Source: Candidatus Aegiribacteria sp. | GTDB lineage: Bacteria; Fermentibacterota; Fermentibacteria; Fermentibacterales; JCC-6 | Assembly: GCA_046498225.1 (NCBI GenBank) | Contig: JAWOBF010000024.1 | Location: 1 to 12,635 of the forward strand | Length of the DNA: 12,635 nt | Direction of reading: 5' to 3' | Shown here: positions 8,043-12,635 of the stretch, piece by piece | Layout: every line of letters begins with the position of its first letter | Numbering within the stretch: position 1 is the stretch's first letter | Notes under the pieces: generated by a model | What the model saw: only the letters and a program-made list of their open reading frames with translations | Told to the model about the DNA's origin: nothing | Databases searched by the model: none | Made by a program: the position numbers and the translations under genes

Positions 8043-9407
8043 ATGCTGGAAAAACTCAGGGCGATGATAAGCGGCGTCCATGCCGAATTCATCGATATCA
8101 GGTACGAGATCAAGACGGAGACCCTGATCAGTTTCACGGGTAGGGAGATAAGGAGTGTCGGGTCCAACAGGACCGACGGCTACGTTATCCGGGTTGGAAG
8201 ACAGGGAGGTTTCTCCTCCGCCACCGTCACCCGGGAGGAGGACGTTCCCAGGGCCATCAAGCTGGCCGTGGAGGGGGCGGATACCATTGTGGCAACCGGC
8301 GGTAAAAAGACGGAGCTTGCCGGGGTGCCGGTAGTGACCGAAACGGTGAAGCTCCAGCTGGACGGGGACCCGAGGCAGGTCAGGATAGACGACAAGATAA
8401 AACTCACCAGGGAGTACAACGACCTGATGCTGGAGCAGCCCTCCATCGAAACCACCAGCATCTCCTACAGGGAGGTGGGCAGGGAGAAGTACTACGTGAA
8501 CTCCGAAGGGACGCAGGTCAGCGAGGAACTGCTTACCACCGGTATCTCCGGAGAGGCGGTGGCCAAGCGGGGAAGCCTGGTCCAGAACGTAAGGGTTTCC
8601 GTGGGAGGGGCCGACGGCTACAACAGGCTGCTGGACAGGCATGATGTGTTCAAAAAGAAAGCCCGGATAGCCGAGCAGCTCCTGGACGCGGAACCGGTCA
8701 AAGGTGGAACCTACGACGTGGTGCTCAGCCCCAATCTGGCCGGGGTCTTCACCCATGAGGCCTTCGGTCACTTCAGCGAGGCGGACATCATAGAGGACAA
8801 CCCTTCACTGAGGGAAAAGATGTCACTGGGGGAGAAGCTTGGTTCCGAAGCTGTGACCATCGTGGCCGATTCCACACTTCCCTCCCAGCTGGGCTATTAC
8901 CGGTTCGACGATGAGGGTGTGCCCGTGAAGCCGGTCACCCTGATGGACCGGGGGGTCCTGACCGGAAGGCTGCACTCCCGCAGGACCGCCGCCGCCTTCG
9001 GCGAACCCGTGAGCGGTCACGCCGTGGCGGAGGACATGAGGTACGAGCCTATCGTCAGAATGGGAACCATATTCATCAAACCCGGGGACAACAGCCAGGA
9101 AGACCTGCTGAAGAGGATGGGTGACGGTCTTTACCTGGTGGACGGCAAGGGAGGTCAGACCAGCGGCGAGAACTTCACCTTCGGAGCCCAGTACGGCTAC
9201 CTGGTGAAGAACGGTGAAATCGGCAGTATGGTGCGGGACATAAACATCATGGGCAACCTGTTCACAACGCTGCAGAGCATTGAGGCCGTCGGGAACGAGA
9301 TGGAGCTTTCCGAGAGCGGGGGCTGCGGAAAAGGGCAGCTGAACATGAAGTCCGCCCTGGGAGGTCCCAGTGTCCTGATACGCAAAATGGTAGTTGGAGG
9401 TGCCTGA
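8043..9407 (+). CDS. tldD: TldD/PmbA family metalloprotease, catalytic subunit
   Basis: HExxxH motif FTHEAFGHFSEAD (H238/E239/H243), FDDEGVP, PIVRMGTIFI.PG, GGQTS and C-terminal metal-ligand GGCGKGQ. GGGAG SD at 8031-8035. Confidence 0.93.
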   Translation: MLEKLRAMISGVHAEFIDIRYEIKTETLISFTGREIRSVGSNRTDGYVIRVGRQGGFSSATVTREEDVPRAIKLAVEGADTIVATGGKKTELAGVPVVTETVKLQLDGDPRQVRIDDKIKLTREYNDLMLEQPSIETTSISYREVGREKYYVNSEGTQVSEELLTTGISGEAVAKRGSLVQNVRVSVGGADGYNRLLDRHDVFKKKARIAEQLLDAEPVKGGTYDVVLSPNLAGVFTHEAFGHFSEADIIEDNPSLREKMSLGEKLGSEAVTIVADSTLPSQLGYYRFDDEGVPVKPVTLMDRGVLTGRLHSRRTAAAFGEPVSGHAVAEDMRYEPIVRMGTIFIKPGDNSQEDLLKRMGDGLYLVDGKGGQTSGENFTFGAQYGYLVKNGEIGSMVRDINIMGNLFTTLQSIEAVGNEMELSESGGCGKGQLNMKSALGGPSVLIRKMVVGGA

Positions 9408-9408
9408 C

Positions 9409-10719
9409 ATGAAAGAACTACTCGACATAGCAGCAGAAGTATCCGACGAAGCGGAGGTCTTCCACGTCAGGGAAGATTCCAGCTCCCTCTCCATGCGCAA
9501 CGGTAAGACCACCGACGTCTCTTCCTCCATTCAGTCCGGCTTCGCCCTCAGGCTGATAAAGGACGGCAGCATAGGAACCGCGTACACCAAGAACCTCCTG
9601 GACAGGAAGGAGCTGGTGGCCAACGCCCTGGCGTCCATGAAGGGAAAGGTGGAGGCCGGTTTCTCCTTTCCGGGGCCCGGAGGAATACCGGAATCCCCCA
9701 AGCCCGACGGCACCGTGGCCCCCATGGGTTTTCACGACCTGCACGGCCGGTCGCAGAAAGTCCTGGACTATCTGGAAGGAAAGGTGGAGGGGCAGGTTGA
9801 CGTAGGCGCCGCCAGGGCAGTTATCGAGACGTCCATAATGAACTCAGCCGGCCTTGACGTCTCCAGTCAGAGGGAAAGCATGTATATCTACACTTCCCTC
9901 CTTTTCCCCAACACGGAGACCGGCGTGAGAAAACTCTACCATTCCGCCACTGCCGGCGATTTCCCGCAGGCCGAGCTGAAGAAGCTGGTGGAGCTGTACC
10001 GGTCGGGACTTCCCATGGTGGACGTTCCCACGGGTAAGATGAAGGTGATGTTCACCCCCGATACCATGTACACCATCCTGTGGAGACTTACCACCGCAGT
10101 ATCGGGCAGGGCATTCTACAACAGGATATCCCCGCTGCAGGAAAAACGCGGACAGAAGGTCCTGTCCGACAGGATAACCCTCTACGGCGACCCCACCGAC
10201 CCCGACGAGGTCAACCGAAGGTTCTTCGACGACGAGGGGGTTCCCACCGGAAAGCACACCGTATTCCGGGACGGGGTCTTCGAGAACCTCGTACTGAACC
10301 TTGACTACGCCCAAAAACTGGGAGAGGAACCCACCGGAACCGGATACCGGGGAGGCATGTGGGGGGGAGAGACCGTCTCCATCCAGCCCGCCCCATCGCT
10401 TAACAGCAGCAGGATAGCCCCCGGGGACGCGTCCCTGGAGGAGATGATATCCGGCATGGACAGGGGAGTGATCGTCCTGGGCGTCCTGGGAGCCCATTCG
10501 GGGAACATACTCAACGGGGATTTCTCGGTGGGTCTCAATCCCGGATACTACGTGGAGGACGGAAAGGTCATGGGAAGGGTCAGGGACGGCATGGTGGCCG
10601 GAAACGTGTACCAGGTCCTCCAGAGGGTTTCCGCCGTGGAGGATACGCTTCATGACACACCCATGGGAGGCAGGTACCCCTCTATCCTCCTTGACGAAGT
10701 GAGCGTTTCGGCCAAGTGA
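9409..10719 (+). CDS. pmbA: TldD/PmbA family protein, non-catalytic TldE/PmbA-type partner
   Basis: Start moved to ATG 9409 (GGAGGT at 9396-9401), 1 nt after the tldD stop. Motifs FDDEGVPT, GAHSGNILNGDFS and MVAGNV; lacks HExxxH. Confidence 0.88.
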   Translation: MKELLDIAAEVSDEAEVFHVREDSSSLSMRNGKTTDVSSSIQSGFALRLIKDGSIGTAYTKNLLDRKELVANALASMKGKVEAGFSFPGPGGIPESPKPDGTVAPMGFHDLHGRSQKVLDYLEGKVEGQVDVGAARAVIETSIMNSAGLDVSSQRESMYIYTSLLFPNTETGVRKLYHSATAGDFPQAELKKLVELYRSGLPMVDVPTGKMKVMFTPDTMYTILWRLTTAVSGRAFYNRISPLQEKRGQKVLSDRITLYGDPTDPDEVNRRFFDDEGVPTGKHTVFRDGVFENLVLNLDYAQKLGEEPTGTGYRGGMWGGETVSIQPAPSLNSSRIAPGDASLEEMISGMDRGVIVLGVLGAHSGNILNGDFSVGLNPGYYVEDGKVMGRVRDGMVAGNVYQVLQRVSAVEDTLHDTPMGGRYPSILLDEVSVSAK

Positions 10720-10751
10720 TGAGCGCGTCATAATGACGCAATAAGAAACAG

Positions 10752-10807
10752 TACAGGGCCGGTCGGCAGCCAGAATCGGCTGTCCGGCCCTGTATCTTTA
10801 TGTTTTA
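10752..10807 (+). terminator. Intrinsic terminator of tldD-tldE
   Basis: TACAGGGCCGG (10752-10762) pairs with CCGGCCCTGTA (10784-10794), enclosing an inner GCAGCC/GGCTGT stem. Followed by TCTTTATGTTTT. Confidence 0.75.
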
Positions 10808-10831
10808 CAATGGATTATTGGTCGGTTCCTT

Positions 10832-10848
10832 CTGGAAAGAGTCTTGCT
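10832..10848 (+). promoter_or_regulatory. Candidate sigma-54 (-24/-12) promoter of hsp20
   Basis: CTGGAAAGAGTCTTGCT: TGG at 10833-10835, exact GG-N10-GC spacing, TTGCT at 10844-10848, 50 nt before the start codon. Confidence 0.6.
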
Positions 10849-10898
10849 CCAATTTAAAGTGAATGCTTCGGATCAGACAATTGAAAGGAGGAAAGAAC

Positions 10899-11333
10899 AT
10901 GAGAGATGAAGAGAGCAGAGTAACGAGAAGGGGACGTTACATGTCTCCCATGGAGGTGGTGCTTAGGAACATCGCCCCGGAGTTCGATGTCTTCAATACC
11001 GAGCGTGAATGGGCGCCCGAGGTGGACATCACCGAGGACGCGGAGACCATTACGGTAAAGACCGAACTTCCCGGAATGAAGCGGGACGACATCGAGATAG
11101 ATGTCGCCAACGGAGTTCTCTCCATAAAGGGCGAAAAGAAGGAAGAGGAAGAGGACAAGAACAGGACCTGGCACCGCAGGGAGGTCAGGTACGGTAGCTT
11201 CACCCGTTCCTTCACCCTTCCCACCGATGTAAAGAGCGATGAGGCGAAGGCCTCCTACGACAACGGTGTTCTGAGGATAACCCTTCCCAAGGAGGAGAAG
11301 GCCCTTCACCGGAAGATACAGATCGAAGGGTAA
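10899..11333 (+). CDS. Hsp20/alpha-crystallin small heat shock protein
   Basis: Start moved to ATG 10899 (AAAGGAGG at 10884-10891). Motifs WAPEVDITE, ELPGM, LSIKGEK, RREVRYGSFTRSFTLP, ASYDNGVLRITLPK and C-terminal IxI (IQI). Confidence 0.96.
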   Translation: MRDEESRVTRRGRYMSPMEVVLRNIAPEFDVFNTEREWAPEVDITEDAETITVKTELPGMKRDDIEIDVANGVLSIKGEKKEEEEDKNRTWHRREVRYGSFTRSFTLPTDVKSDEAKASYDNGVLRITLPKEEKALHRKIQIEG

Positions 11334-11348
11334 CGTCCCGGCTTGACA

Positions 11349-11380
11349 GGCGGCGGGCGGGCTTCGGCCCGCCCGCTGCC
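11349..11380 (+). terminator. Very stable C(UUCG)G hairpin after hsp20
   Basis: GGCGGCGGGCGGGC-TTCG-GCCCGCCCGCTGCC: 14 bp with one G-U pair, and no adjacent U-tract. Confidence 0.6.
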
Positions 11381-11460
11381 ATAACACTCCTCCGTCCCCA
11401 TTTTATTCAAAAGAAGCGCAGCTCTGCTTACCGGAGCCATATCTGCATTTTCCCATTCAT

Positions 11461-11479
11461 TGTGACAAAGCTTGTTACA
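11461..11479. promoter_or_regulatory. Imperfect palindrome, candidate operator
   Basis: TGTGACAA-AGC-TTGTTACA (7/8 match), about 60 nt upstream of ATG 11538. Confidence 0.35.
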
Positions 11480-11537
11480 GCTGAACCCTGATGATAGATT
11501 CCTGTATTGATACCCCATAATTTCAGGAGAATAGCGC

Positions 11538-12581
11538 ATGATATCTGATCTTATCATTCTATTAGCGGGAGCAATGCTATTTTACGTTCTGGTTCTGCTG
11601 ATGCACTCACTCAGACACCGGTTCGGATTGATATATTTTTACTCCTGCCTCGGAGGGCTCACCGCAGTCATGTCCTGGGTTACGGACGCAGGCGTAAGGA
11701 TCGAGATCGCCGGAGTGACCTACATGGTGGGTTCCACTGTCTTTTACACCGCTATTCTGCTGGGTGTATTCGTGGTTTATGTATTCGACGGACCCAGGGC
11801 TACAAGAGTGGCAATATCCATCGTTGCGGGAATGTCAATCCTTGTTCCCCTGATCGCATTCTTGATACATTCAAATACCCACATGATATCAGGCGCTGAT
11901 CTAACCGCTATTCCTGTGCCAAGTTTGAGGATAAACGCTGCTTCGGTCATAACCACCGTGATGGATTTCCTCTTCCTTGCTGTTGTCTGGGAGATCCTGG
12001 GGAAACCCGGGCTGAGAATCCGCCTTGGTCTAAGAGCTTTCCTTACACTTCTGGGAGTAATGATGCTGGATGTTCTGCTCTTCAACACCGGAGCCTTTCT
12101 TGGAACAGATCAGTACCTGAGTATTATGAGCGGTACATTCATCAGCAGATTCATCATCTGTGTTTTCGCTTTTTCGATCCTGTACTTCTATATAACCAGA
12201 CAGAACAGGCTGAAGGGCGTTACTATAGAAGAGAACAGACCGGTGCTGGCAATACTGATGGAGGTGAACAAAGTAAGGGAGGAATTGTCCACAGCAAGAC
12301 TGGAGATTATGCGGCGGAAGGAGCTTGAGAAGGAGAATGCTGAACTGATAGCCAGACTGCAAAACACCCTGGCCAGGGTTCAGCACCTGGAAGGCCTCCT
12401 TCCGGTGTGCTCAGGGTGCAGGCGGATAAGGATTGATTCTACGAATACCGAGCCCGATAGATGGATCAGCATGGAAGACTACATTCAGACCGAAACAACG
12501 GTTCAGATAAGCCACGGTCTGTGCCCCGACTGTGCAAAGAGGCTTTACGGCAACTCATCGGACAGCGGAATCAAGCAATAG
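11538..12581 (+). CDS. Polytopic membrane protein with coiled coil and C-terminal Cys/His (putative Zn-binding) module; probable signalling protein
   Basis: AGGAG SD at 11525-11529. About 7 hydrophobic segments in aa 1-220, a heptad-rich region at about aa 240-283, then LEGLLPVCSGCRRIR...W..MEDYI...ISHGLCPDC. Confidence 0.85.
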   Translation: MISDLIILLAGAMLFYVLVLLMHSLRHRFGLIYFYSCLGGLTAVMSWVTDAGVRIEIAGVTYMVGSTVFYTAILLGVFVVYVFDGPRATRVAISIVAGMSILVPLIAFLIHSNTHMISGADLTAIPVPSLRINAASVITTVMDFLFLAVVWEILGKPGLRIRLGLRAFLTLLGVMMLDVLLFNTGAFLGTDQYLSIMSGTFISRFIICVFAFSILYFYITRQNRLKGVTIEENRPVLAILMEVNKVREELSTARLEIMRRKELEKENAELIARLQNTLARVQHLEGLLPVCSGCRRIRIDSTNTEPDRWISMEDYIQTETTVQISHGLCPDCAKRLYGNSSDSGIKQ

Positions 12582-12635
12582 GAAACTGGATTTCACTTTC
12601 CATGAACTGCTCGCTGACCATGCTTCATGATCTGC

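Noticed and set aside
7892..8143. Possible small ORF or RiPP precursor upstream of tldD (GGAGG then ATG 7928)
   Set aside because: SD-ATG spacing is only 2 nt, the frame overlaps tldD by about 100 nt, and there is no precursor-like core or modifying enzyme nearby.
10843..10869. CIRCE-like element before hsp20
   Set aside because: Only 4/9 and 6/9 matches to TTAGCACTC-N9-GAGTGCTAA; the sigma-54 reading fits better.
1127..11387. Many long antisense or alternate-frame ORFs (e.g. 2076-3254, 7914-8771, 9844-10731, 10854-11387)
   Set aside because: Shadow ORFs expected opposite high-GC3 genes; none has recognisable motifs.
11431..11520. Second GG-N10-GC (11433-11446) and sigma-32-like CCCCAT (11513-11518)
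   Set aside because: The first lacks the TGG and TTGC context; the second has no matching -35 at the right spacing.
12582..12635. Possible 3' end of a convergent gene at the right edge
   Set aside because: Too short to assign a frame or product.
1..12635. CRISPR array, tRNA/rRNA, transposase or defence system
   Set aside because: No regularly spaced repeats, cloverleaf or relevant protein motifs were seen, and the intergenic gaps are all short.

Overview
GC-rich bacterial chromosomal window with no mobile element, CRISPR array, rRNA or tRNA visible. Gene order: truncated minus-strand gene at the left edge; EamA/DMT transporter; four-PAS hybrid histidine kinase; phosphohexomutase; convergent secreted papain-family (C1A) multidomain protease with a T9SS/FlgD-type C-terminal domain; divergent tldD-tldE(pmbA) pair; Hsp20; and a lower-GC membrane protein. 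The C-terminal domain style suggests an FCB-group-related organism, which is an inference only. Most genes belong to well-known families. Four things stand out. (1) The last gene appears to fuse a YhhQ/VUT-transporter-like membrane domain to a coiled coil and a CxxC...HxxCxxC module. (2) Hsp20 has a candidate sigma-54 promoter with a perfect upstream palindrome. (3) A 22-nt hairpin motif is repeated at two transcript 3' ends. (4) The protease lacks a prodomain and has a possible anti-SD in its leader. All family calls come from motif recognition by eye, not database searches.
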